Shown: one piece after another, positions 1 through 8,481 of the stretch
How the letters are laid out: every line of letters starts with the position of its first letter
Position numbering within the stretch: the stretch's first letter is position 1
NCBI GenBank assembly: GCA_027624045.1
Contig: JAQBUE010000001.1
Location: forward strand, 24,511 to 88,510
Origin: Acidobacteriota bacterium
GTDB lineage: Bacteria > Acidobacteriota > Terriglobia > Bryobacterales > UBA6623
Direction of reading: 5' to 3'
Length of the DNA stretch: 64,000 bases
Notes under the pieces: model-generated
What the model was told of the DNA's origin: nothing
The model's database searches: none
Seen by the model: the letters and a program-made list of their open reading frames with translations, nothing else
Program-made: the position numbers and the translations under genes

Positions 1-98
1 CCATTTTCGATGAGGACGGTGTTAGCGAGGATGCCGGCCGCATCACAAGCGCGGGCCGCGGACGCGAACTGCAGTTCGGTTTGAAACTCAGGTTCTAA
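1..98 (+). CDS. 3' end of an outer-membrane beta-barrel protein (TonB-dependent-receptor-like), partial
   Basis: The frame ending at TAA 96-98 reads ...GRELQFGLKLRF*. The terminal Phe and alternating hydrophobic pattern are the classic C-terminal beta-strand signature of OMP barrels. Only 32 codons are visible. Confidence 0.4.
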   Translation, partial: IFDEDGVSEDAGRITSAGRGRELQFGLKLRF

Positions 99-100
99 CG

Positions 101-1426
101 ATGCCGATCGAAGCTGAATCGGCGCTACTAGACCGCCAGACGCTCATCCCCAACGAGCCCTGGCGGCGCAAGCTCTCAGTGGCGGGTCCCGGCCTCGTTT
201 TCGTCCTTTCGATTGTCGGACCTCGCGACTTGGTGGCCAACTCAGTGGCTGGAGCCGAGTACGGCTACAGTTTAATCTGGCTTCTGGCAGTCGCGATCTT
301 GACGCGTATCGCGATTCTCGAATCGACAGCGCGGTACGTGATCGTTACCGGCGAGAGTCTGGTCAGCGGCTGCGGGAAAACCGGCCGCTGGATGGTGTGG
401 ATGATCTTCATCGTTCCCCTGGTTAAACGCTTCGTGACAGGGATGGTGCAGCTCGCGCTACTGGGTGAGGCGGGGCACTTGCTGTATCCCCTCGCAACCC
501 CTCATAGCGAGCTGGTTTGGGCACTCGGTTCGTGGAGCTTGGCGTTCGCGCTGCTTTACTGGGGCCGTTATAAACTTGTGGAAACACTCAGTCAGCCCTT
601 GGCCTTCGCTCTAGTCGCATCGCTTACGGCGGCGGCCTTCCTCTCGGAGCCTGACTGGGGGGCGGCGCTGCGGGGCGCTGTTGTGCCGTCCGTGCCCGAC
701 GCGCCCAGTCTTTACGGAGCGGCGGTCGTGGTCATGGGCGTTGCCATGGGGGCTATCGGCTCAATCGGAAACCTCAAATACGCGACATTCGTGCATGAGA
801 AAGGCTGGCGTGACCTGTCCTACCTCCGCAAACAGCGTCTCGACCTGATTCTCAGCGCATGCGGCATGTTCGTGATGCTGGCGCTGATTCAAATCGCGGC
901 CGCTGGAGCACTTCATCCGCTCGGAATCCAAGTGGCGGCGGTCGGGGATCTCGTTCCGGTGTTTTCGCAAGTGTTGGGCGACATCGGCAGAGTCATCCTG
1001 GCCCTCGGCGTTTGGTTCGTCGTGTTCACGAGCGTCACCGGAAGCAGTACGGCATATGCCCTGATGCTTGCCGATACCTACCATCGCTTCCTGCGTCCGT
1101 CCGACGCCATCCTCGAGCAAGACGAGGGACGGGGCGCCGCCTACCTGCCGGCGTTTCGGCCGTTTCTGGCGCTCTTCGCGATCTTGCCGTTGATGGTGCT
1201 GTTCACCGACTGGAAGCCGGTCCCGCTGCTGATGGCGACCGCCCTGATCGCCGCCATCATGTTGCCGGCAACCATCATTGTGTTGCTGCGACTGACGACG
1301 GATCGCAAGTTTATGGGTGAGCACGTTAACGGCTGGCTCGTGAACAGCGTGCTGGTGTTCGCCGCCGCCGCTTCTCTCTATCTCGGCTATGAGGGAGTGA
1401 TCGAGATGCTGGCAGGGAAGGTGTAG
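101..1426 (+). CDS. Nramp-superfamily membrane transporter, non-canonical metal-site motifs
   Basis: 441 aa polytopic membrane protein. N-terminal block VAGPGLVFVLSIVGPRDLVANSVAGAEYGYSLIW aligns with the Nramp TM1 block (GPG....DPGN....AG..FGY.LLW), but DPGN is replaced by GPRD. Confidence 0.65.
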   Translation: MPIEAESALLDRQTLIPNEPWRRKLSVAGPGLVFVLSIVGPRDLVANSVAGAEYGYSLIWLLAVAILTRIAILESTARYVIVTGESLVSGCGKTGRWMVWMIFIVPLVKRFVTGMVQLALLGEAGHLLYPLATPHSELVWALGSWSLAFALLYWGRYKLVETLSQPLAFALVASLTAAAFLSEPDWGAALRGAVVPSVPDAPSLYGAAVVVMGVAMGAIGSIGNLKYATFVHEKGWRDLSYLRKQRLDLILSACGMFVMLALIQIAAAGALHPLGIQVAAVGDLVPVFSQVLGDIGRVILALGVWFVVFTSVTGSSTAYALMLADTYHRFLRPSDAILEQDEGRGAAYLPAFRPFLALFAILPLMVLFTDWKPVPLLMATALIAAIMLPATIIVLLRLTTDRKFMGEHVNGWLVNSVLVFAAAASLYLGYEGVIEMLAGKV

Positions 1427-1475
1427 ACAGGCTTTATCGGCCCGCGGCTTCGACCTTTGCACGAGCGCACCTACT

Positions 1476-2342
1476 TCAAAACACCCGCTCCAGCTCTAGC
1501 CGCCGGATGGTTTCACGGAAACCACTGTCGAGCATCACCGGCAGTAGGGGGTTGTCGGCGGACTCGTTGTGGCACATCAGGTGAGGATGGTTTTCCTGGA
1601 GTTTCCGTAGAAGATTTCCGAGCAGCTTCGCCGGTCTGGCTCCGGTTCGGGCAGCTAGGTCAACGATTTCGGTTGTCCCGTTGGCTGCTTGGAAGAGGAC
1701 GTAAGCCTCAGGACCGCTGTCCGACATTGCCGCCAAACCTTGCAGACTATTGATCTGTCGCAGGGAAGGCAGGTCGCGGTTCCAGATGGGCTGCACCGCG
1801 TGTAGGTCGTCGAAGTGCGCGAGCAGATCTTGCGGCCGGGCTTCGATAACCTCACCCACGCTGCTATCCAACGGGGGCTGGGCGACATCGTCAGCATCCG
1901 CGTGCCACTCGAGCGACAGCAGCTCACGCCGTAGCTGAAAGCCCGCTTTGCAGTATGTTTCGACCGCGCGAGTGTTGTGCTTGATGACGCCGAGAGTCAT
2001 TCGCCGAGCGCCGGCTTGCTCGGCGAGCCGAACCATTTCGCCGCAAAGTTTGTGGGCTAAACCCTTTCCGCGATGCGAAACGATGACGCCAAATCCTTTG
2101 CAGTAGGATCGCTCGCCACGGATGCCGACCGTTGCGAGTCCCACCGGCTTGTCGTCGACCAGTAGCACCGGGCAGCGGTCCAAGTCCAGATGCTCGACCC
2201 GTGCCCAACGGGCCAGCTCCTCGGTCGTCACGACGCAGGGGTAGAAATAGTCGGCGAAGGTTTGCGTATAGAGGTCGGCCAAGAAGTCGAGGTCAAACGA
2301 AGAACCGGGCAGGAAGCTTACGTTCGCGGAATTGTAGGACAT
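1476..2342 (-). CDS. GNAT family N-acetyltransferase
   Basis: Acetyl-CoA binding block VIVSHRGKGLAHKLCGEMVRLAEQAGARRMTLGVIKHNTRAVETYCKAGF (R/Q-x-x-G-x-G/A type). Confidence 0.7.
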   Translation of the reverse strand: MSYNSANVSFLPGSSFDLDFLADLYTQTFADYFYPCVVTTEELARWARVEHLDLDRCPVLLVDDKPVGLATVGIRGERSYCKGFGVIVSHRGKGLAHKLCGEMVRLAEQAGARRMTLGVIKHNTRAVETYCKAGFQLRRELLSLEWHADADDVAQPPLDSSVGEVIEARPQDLLAHFDDLHAVQPIWNRDLPSLRQINSLQGLAAMSDSGPEAYVLFQAANGTTEIVDLAARTGARPAKLLGNLLRKLQENHPHLMCHNESADNPLLPVMLDSGFRETIRRLELERVF

Positions 2343-2749
2343 GGGGGTGCTGAGGACAGGAGTAACGCTCAGAACATCTTACGCAGATTAGCGCGATTGG
2401 CCCGGTCGTGCCATGACGTCGCGCTTCGAGCAAGACACATCGTCGGAGCGTCGCGACGCCCCTTTCAAAGGCGGGTGGGGAGAAGCGAGCCAGCCCGGTA
2501 TTCAGCGCGGCTGGCCCGAGCACCGTTGACTCTTGCTGGGCGGGAGGCGTGGGCCGGCCGGTACGAGTGCTTGCTGACGTACCGCACACGAGCGTTTCGC
2601 TAACACAGGCTCCAGATCGAATCACAAGCGCGAGGCGGCTGTGTTCGAGAACCACAGGTTCCAGCATTCGATTCCAGTACTACTAGTCCTGTTTCATCTG
2701 ATGTTTTGGTGGTTCTTTGCGCAGGGTCTGATATGCTGTCTCTTTCCCC

Positions 2750-3832
2750 ATGAATTCCTGCATCCACGCGGGCCTGAGATGGCTCGCTATTTCTGGTATC
2801 CAAGACCAATCGGGCGGCGTTTCAGAAGGCTTTCGGGAGGAGACGGGAGAATACGCTCCGATCTCGACGACCGCGACGGGGTACTATATCGCGGCCCAGC
2901 TTTGGTCCCAACGGTTTTCCAGGGGCGCTCTGCCGGCGACCGCCTCCCGTGCAGGCGGATTCCTATTGGAACGCGCCTTCGATATGTCAGCGGAGATGTT
3001 TCCTCTGCACCTCGGAGACAATGACGAGGAACAGGCGCGTCTCGCCTATTTCTTCGATTGCACGGTGGTGGTGCGTTCTCTCGTCCAACTCTGGGATTCG
3101 ACGAAAGACACAGCCTTTCTCGATTGCGCCGAGCGTTGCGGCCTCGCAGTGCATTCCCGGATGCCTACGGTGGACGGCGCATTTTTCCCGATCTACGACC
3201 TAAAGACGGACCGCGCGTACGCGGACACAGGTTCGTGGAGAGTGGAGATGGACGTGCCACAACTCAAAGGCGGACTGGCGCTTCTGGAGTTGTACAAGGC
3301 GACCGGGCGCGGCGAATTCGAGCATGACGCCGGAGCGTTGCGCAAGTGGTGCCTGCAACGCCACGAATCGTTTCTGCCGGGCGAGGTCGACGATGCCAAG
3401 ATCATCGAGCGCTTACACGCCTATTGCCTGTTTCTAGAGGGGCTGCTGCCGGGAGTGGCGCTCGACGCCGAAAGCGGACGCGTTCTGCAGTTCGGCATTC
3501 TGCGGGTCGAGAATTTCTTGGACGAGTTTGGGGCTGAGCTGCAGCGCTGTGACGTCATCGCTCAGATCCTGCGGCTGCGACTTTATGCGGATAAACTCGG
3601 CCTTATGGAACTCGACTACAAGCGGGCCGAGGAAGAAGCGACGGCTATTATTGAGTTCCAAACGCAGTCGGTGGATCCCAAAACCGATGGTGCCTTCACG
3701 CTCTTCCGCGGCACCGCACAGAGCCGCCCGCAGCTTGACCTGACCGCGACCGTATTCGCCCTTCAAGCGCTCGAGATGTGGGACCAGGCGGAAGAAGGCG
3801 GCCTGCGCGATCCCTGGGAAGTGCTGATCTAA
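2750..3832 (+). CDS. hypothetical protein, possibly alpha/alpha-toroid (prenyltransferase/terpene-cyclase-like) fold
   Basis: 360 aa ORF with coding-like composition. The N-terminal LRWLAISGIQDQSGGVSEGF...TATGYYI pattern is reminiscent of prenyltransferase/squalene-oxidase repeats. No catalytic motif recognised. Confidence 0.35.
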   Translation: MNSCIHAGLRWLAISGIQDQSGGVSEGFREETGEYAPISTTATGYYIAAQLWSQRFSRGALPATASRAGGFLLERAFDMSAEMFPLHLGDNDEEQARLAYFFDCTVVVRSLVQLWDSTKDTAFLDCAERCGLAVHSRMPTVDGAFFPIYDLKTDRAYADTGSWRVEMDVPQLKGGLALLELYKATGRGEFEHDAGALRKWCLQRHESFLPGEVDDAKIIERLHAYCLFLEGLLPGVALDAESGRVLQFGILRVENFLDEFGAELQRCDVIAQILRLRLYADKLGLMELDYKRAEEEATAIIEFQTQSVDPKTDGAFTLFRGTAQSRPQLDLTATVFALQALEMWDQAEEGGLRDPWEVLI

Positions 3833-3860
3833 CCCCGGGCTAACCGCCTCCGGCCGGAGC

Positions 3861-4256
3861 TTAGCTATCGCGAGCTTCGGCCTCATATTCAGCACGCACG
3901 CTGGATTGCAATCCGCCGCGCGGCGTAAACTCCCCTTCCACACGAGCCCAAACCGGCTGAATCGCGTCGACAACGTCGCGCAAAACGCGATTCACGACGT
4001 TTTCGTAAAAGATACCCAGATTGCGATAAGCCAGAATGTAGAGCTTGAGCGATTTCAGCTCAATGCAAAGTTCGTTGGGTTCATATTCGAGAGTGAGTTT
4101 CCCGAAGTCGGGGAGGCCTGTCTTGGGACAGACGGATGTGAACTCGGGGCTCTCGACCGTGATGCGGTAGCCCTTGAACTGGTTGGGCCAGGTTTCGAGA
4201 ACCGGCAGCTCAGCGTCGATTCCTGCTCTGGCGTGCTCTTCTGTGTAATCCGCCAC
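3861..4256 (-). CDS. queF: NADPH-dependent 7-cyano-7-deazaguanine (preQ0) reductase
   Basis: 131 aa. Contains the QueF type I signature FTSVCPKTGLPDFGKLTLEYEPNELCIELKSLKLY with the catalytic Cys. Confidence 0.9.
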   Translation of the reverse strand: MADYTEEHARAGIDAELPVLETWPNQFKGYRITVESPEFTSVCPKTGLPDFGKLTLEYEPNELCIELKSLKLYILAYRNLGIFYENVVNRVLRDVVDAIQPVWARVEGEFTPRGGLQSSVRAEYEAEARDS

Positions 4257-4281
4257 TTCTCAGACTCCTTTGGTGGTCCGG

Positions 4282-6633
4282 CTAGCGGACGACTGCTTTC
4301 GCCAATCCGGCGTTACCCGCCCAGTCGCGGACGCGCAGTGTTACCAGGTGCTCTGCGTCGTCGACGCCGGAAAGCCGAACCGTGAAGGACTCCACCATCG
4401 AATCAACGATGCCGTCGTCGGCAAGGATCGGCACCCAGGCACCGGCGTCGACCGAATACTCGGCCCGGCGCAATATGGAAGCTGCATCCCGCGCCTCGAA
4501 GCGAATCAGCGGGCCTTTATCGATCCCCAGCAAACGTACAAGCGGCGGCGTGTGATCGACGACGACCGGTTCGCTCACTCGTGATGCCGACCGAACGTCA
4601 TGCGCTGGATTGGCTTTCGCGTCGCTAACCTCAATGCGAAAGCGGTAGGTTCCATCGGCCAGCGAGTCGCTATCGATCGCCAGGGATTTCTTGTCGAGTT
4701 TTTCTTCAATTTGCTTCCAAGTGGATTCGCCGTCGCCTTGGAAGCTGACGGCGGCGAGCAGGTCGTCTCCATCGGGGTCAGTGGCGCTCCATGAGATCTT
4801 CAGTCTTCTTTGCAGACCGGCCGCAAGCGGATCGGCGCCGCCTGTGTTGTCAGCGGGCGAGGCGACTGTTCCCACATCGCTGACCGTAATGCTGTAGGAA
4901 GCGGACGAATCGGTGGAACCTGTTGTGCTGTCATGGGATGAGCTTGCATCCGCAGCCGCAGCGGTCGAGATATCAATGCTGTCGATCTTCGGCGCGCGGT
5001 TCCGGGGCAGGTACGTCAGCCGAACAGCCTCGAGCGCGGGCGATGCGCCGCTGCTGCTGCTTAGTACGGCTTTCCATTGGATGTACCGCGCCGGCGGCGA
5101 AGCGATGGAGCCGCCGCGCCAGGTGCTGCTTTCCATCTGGCCGCTCTGCATCTTGATAGCTTCGGACCAGCCGCTCCAGCTCGCATCAGGCAGAGTGGAA
5201 TTACCGCTGCGTGTTTGGAACTCGATGTTCGTCTCGGGAGCCGTGCCGGGGGCTTGGGATCCCCGCCACGAAAGGCGGCCCCAACCGGCTACGGTCTTCG
5301 CGTCGCGTGTCGTCGAAATGTATGTCCCGTTGGCAGCGGGCGAGCTGCTCCAGCGGAGCAGCTCGCCGGTGTGGGCCGTGGCGATCCAGCGAGCACCTTT
5401 ACTTGTGACAAGCTTCGTAATCTGGTCACGGTCCGTTTGGGCCTCCAGGGCAATCTCACCCTGTTCATTCACACGATAGATGCGGCCCTCCTTATCGGTC
5501 GCGACGAACACTTCCGCGGGGGCTTCTGGCACAAGGGCGATCGCGAGCACGCTTTCGCTGTCGGACTTCCAGACCTTTTCTACTTCCAGATTCATTCCGA
5601 TGCGAATGACAGCGGCCCGTTCGAGACCGGTCACGGTGATCAGGGAATCCGAGACGCTGATGCTGCCCGCGGATGACACCGAGCTGCCCGGTTTCGCAGC
5701 GGGTTTCGGATCGAGTTGATCCCCACCGTCCGGCGTGGCACTGACCGTGATGGTTGTTGTGGCCTGGGCTTGGCCGGCGCTCGTTCCGAAGCTCGATGAG
5801 CCGCTAAGGGCTGAGTAGCCGCCCCCGACGGCGGCGGCGAAGATCTCGCCATTGGCGGTCACCTGAAGATCGCGGATTTCAGGCAAATCAGAATCGTAGA
5901 GCGCGAAGGCTTTGCCTTTGTGCTCGATGCGGTAGAGAACGCCGTTCGGATCGGTACCGGCGAGCAGGCGGCCTTCGGCGTCGAGCGCCAGGCTCACGAC
6001 GTGCCGTTGCCCGCTCTCGTAGTACGCCTCGCTTTCGGACTGGGCGGTCACGTGGTAGATTTTCCCGTTTTCTCCCGTGCCTACAAACAGGTCCGGCGGC
6101 ATGCTCTTTTGGTTGCCGAACGCGAGGGCCCAGATATAGGTCTCTTGCGGATCGAAGTAGACTTCGTGCTGCCCCTTGCCTTTGATGCGATAGACCTTGC
6201 CGTGCGGAGACGTGCCCGCGAACACACTGCCGTCAGGGGCCACGACGATTGCGAAGACTTCAATCTCAGGCGCGCTCCAAAAAAGTTGCGACTTGCCGTT
6301 GGGGTCGATGCGGTAGATGTTCCCCTGATGCCCGGTGCCGAGATAGAGCGAGCCGTCGGGCGCGGCGGCAACGCTCCAGATGAGCGGCTGATCCGAAGAG
6401 TAGACAGTTTCGATCGCTCCGGCGATAACGAGCGAGCCGTCGGGACGCAGCGAGAGGTTTTCCAGCCGGCCAGCCGCGAACTGCTCATACTCGGTGGTTT
6501 CCCAAACTTGACTCGTCGCAGCTGGAAGAGCTCCCGCCGTTAGCAACGACAAAGAAAACAGGGCAACACAGGCGGTTGAGACGGCCTCCCGGCTCCCGCA
6601 GTCCCGCTTGAAGTAGTCAAGAAGAGGGGTCAT
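4282..6633 (-). CDS. secreted beta-propeller protein with C-terminal Ig-like modules (cassette 1 partner, paralog of 14699-16927)
   Basis: 783 aa with a signal peptide. It has repeated ~40-aa blades (APDGSLYLGTGHQGNIYRI, APDGSVFAGTSPHGKVYRI, ...), a Ser/Thr/Gly-rich linker and a C-terminal block homologous to the 742-aa paralog. Its ATG overlaps the upstream stop (ATGA at 6630-6633). Confidence 0.75.
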   Translation of the reverse strand: MTPLLDYFKRDCGSREAVSTACVALFSLSLLTAGALPAATSQVWETTEYEQFAAGRLENLSLRPDGSLVIAGAIETVYSSDQPLIWSVAAAPDGSLYLGTGHQGNIYRIDPNGKSQLFWSAPEIEVFAIVVAPDGSVFAGTSPHGKVYRIKGKGQHEVYFDPQETYIWALAFGNQKSMPPDLFVGTGENGKIYHVTAQSESEAYYESGQRHVVSLALDAEGRLLAGTDPNGVLYRIEHKGKAFALYDSDLPEIRDLQVTANGEIFAAAVGGGYSALSGSSSFGTSAGQAQATTTITVSATPDGGDQLDPKPAAKPGSSVSSAGSISVSDSLITVTGLERAAVIRIGMNLEVEKVWKSDSESVLAIALVPEAPAEVFVATDKEGRIYRVNEQGEIALEAQTDRDQITKLVTSKGARWIATAHTGELLRWSSSPAANGTYISTTRDAKTVAGWGRLSWRGSQAPGTAPETNIEFQTRSGNSTLPDASWSGWSEAIKMQSGQMESSTWRGGSIASPPARYIQWKAVLSSSSGASPALEAVRLTYLPRNRAPKIDSIDISTAAAADASSSHDSTTGSTDSSASYSITVSDVGTVASPADNTGGADPLAAGLQRRLKISWSATDPDGDDLLAAVSFQGDGESTWKQIEEKLDKKSLAIDSDSLADGTYRFRIEVSDAKANPAHDVRSASRVSEPVVVDHTPPLVRLLGIDKGPLIRFEARDAASILRRAEYSVDAGAWVPILADDGIVDSMVESFTVRLSGVDDAEHLVTLRVRDWAGNAGLAKAVVR

Positions 6634-8423
6634 TCGATGACGGTGATCCTCGTGCTGACACTGCCTTGGATGACGCTGTCGAAGCCGCCCAATTCAAACT
6701 CTTCGATTGTGGACTGCCAATCGGCGGTGACGCCGCCGCCCTGCGCCCGTGGCGACGATAGCAGCGCGAGCACCGACGCTGGTGGAGACGGCAGGCGTTC
6801 CGTATTGAGCAGGAACGCTTGAGACGACTGCCAGACGCGAACATAAAGACGATCGTTGCGCCGCAGCCGGTTCATGGCCCGCACGAGTTTAGCAGCATTT
6901 TCCGCGCGGGCCGGGGATGCGAAGATCCGCCAGTCCAGCATGTTCAGCGAGCCGCCATCGGAGAAGGTCACCTCCAAGACGCCTGGTTTCGTTCCGGGGG
7001 GGATCTGAAACGAAGTCTTCTTTACGATCTCGTGGCCGGCGCCGTCTCGCAACGCGGCGGCTAACTCGATGCTCTCTCCGGCACGGGCTCGTGTCTTCGA
7101 GGCCCATCCGCGGTCGATGTCGAGCCGTTGCTCTTCATCGATCACTTCGATCTCGAGATCGATTCCGCGCGGTGCTATATCTTTGAAATCGAGATTCAGC
7201 AGGTAAGCCAGCGGAATGCTCGTCAAAGTCGCCATTTGCAGCGCGACGCCATTCGAACCCGCGTACATGTTGTCGAGACGTAGCGGCGGTAGGCCGTCTC
7301 CCAGATCGACGCGTCCGCTGACGCGATAGCTCGAAGCGCCGACCTGTCTTTCCGTTGTATCGACCGCCGAAAAAACCGCCATCTGCATCAGGAACGGCGA
7401 GAGTGTGCGATCTTTCACCAACTCCATCTTGTACCGCCGCTGCTGACCGTTCGACTTGAGGCTGATCTCAAGCGGCAGTAGCTTGGCCGAGCGGCCCAAC
7501 TCGCCGAAGATTCCGCTTGCCCGGTCTTGTGTGATGACGCCCAGTGGTCCGCCCGAAGCCGCGATCTTAAAGGAGTTATTGAGATTCGGAACCATCGCTA
7601 TCACCGACGACCCAAGCAGCGGCATTTCAGTAGGGCCGCTTGACAGAAAACGATGTCCGAAGGCGTACAGGCGGTTATTTTCGACAAGCGTCACGGTGCC
7701 GGCGGCGCTCAACTCCATATCACCTTGAATCAGCGCCACGCCGATCATCGCTCCCGGTTTGGGCGGTGAGGGAGGTTCATCACTTGCTCCGCGCCCGCCG
7801 ACTCCTTGTGCGGGGCGGAGCCCCAGGCGGCGCAGTTGCTTGCCGAATACCTCGAAGGTTCTCTCAGAGAAACCGGCCAACGCCACAGGAGTCGCGATCG
7901 GCAGCAGTTGCGGGTCGCTTGGCGCCGCTTGCGGACCGGCCGGCCAGAGCTCGGCTTGCGGATTCGGAATGAAACGGCCGCCGGATTCAGCTACCGCCCA
8001 CGCAGGGTCCACCGAGCGGCTTGCGCGGTTTGCCGGACTTGCGGGTGCGTCGTCGAGGCGCTCGATCATCTCATGAATCGGGCGGATGCCGGCGATCGGT
8101 TCGGTCGAAAAGGGGAACGAGTAGGCAACCGCGCCGGCCAGTTTGCCATCGAGGTAAACAGGACTTCCGCTCATGCCCGCCGCGACGCCTGTCTTCGCGA
8201 GCGGACCTCCTTTCAGACGCGCCAGAATTAACGATTCACCCGGCGCGATGTTGTTCAGGACGCCCAGGATTTCCACCTCGAATTCCTCGACTTGCTCGCC
8301 CGAAAAGACAGTCCGGCCCGTCCCACGCAAGCCGGCTTTAACTTGATCGAGCGGGAACAGGTCCGCGGCCGTTAAGGAAGCGGCCGACAGTCCGAGGGTG
8401 ACCGTGAGCAAGAGCCGTAGCAC
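6630..8423 (-). CDS. SpoIVB-like serine peptidase (family S55) homolog, secreted, cassette 1
   Basis: 597 aa with a signal peptide. GMSGSPVY Ser block at residues 83-90. GTVTLVENNRLYAFGH His block near residue 257, followed by SGIFGELG. Paralog of 12702-14639. Confidence 0.7.
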   Translation of the reverse strand: MLRLLLTVTLGLSAASLTAADLFPLDQVKAGLRGTGRTVFSGEQVEEFEVEILGVLNNIAPGESLILARLKGGPLAKTGVAAGMSGSPVYLDGKLAGAVAYSFPFSTEPIAGIRPIHEMIERLDDAPASPANRASRSVDPAWAVAESGGRFIPNPQAELWPAGPQAAPSDPQLLPIATPVALAGFSERTFEVFGKQLRRLGLRPAQGVGGRGASDEPPSPPKPGAMIGVALIQGDMELSAAGTVTLVENNRLYAFGHRFLSSGPTEMPLLGSSVIAMVPNLNNSFKIAASGGPLGVITQDRASGIFGELGRSAKLLPLEISLKSNGQQRRYKMELVKDRTLSPFLMQMAVFSAVDTTERQVGASSYRVSGRVDLGDGLPPLRLDNMYAGSNGVALQMATLTSIPLAYLLNLDFKDIAPRGIDLEIEVIDEEQRLDIDRGWASKTRARAGESIELAAALRDGAGHEIVKKTSFQIPPGTKPGVLEVTFSDGGSLNMLDWRIFASPARAENAAKLVRAMNRLRRNDRLYVRVWQSSQAFLLNTERLPSPPASVLALLSSPRAQGGGVTADWQSTIEEFELGGFDSVIQGSVSTRITVIE

Positions 8424-8481
8424 AACTGGCCTTATTCTATCTCCCCACCGGGACTTGCCCAGTGAGCGCCGAGCGCGTCCG

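Noticed and set aside
42-53. 12-mer ATCACAAGCGCG repeated at 42-53 and 2621-2632
   Set aside because: Many exact 12-mer pairs are expected by chance in 64 kb of biased composition, and the flanks do not extend the match.
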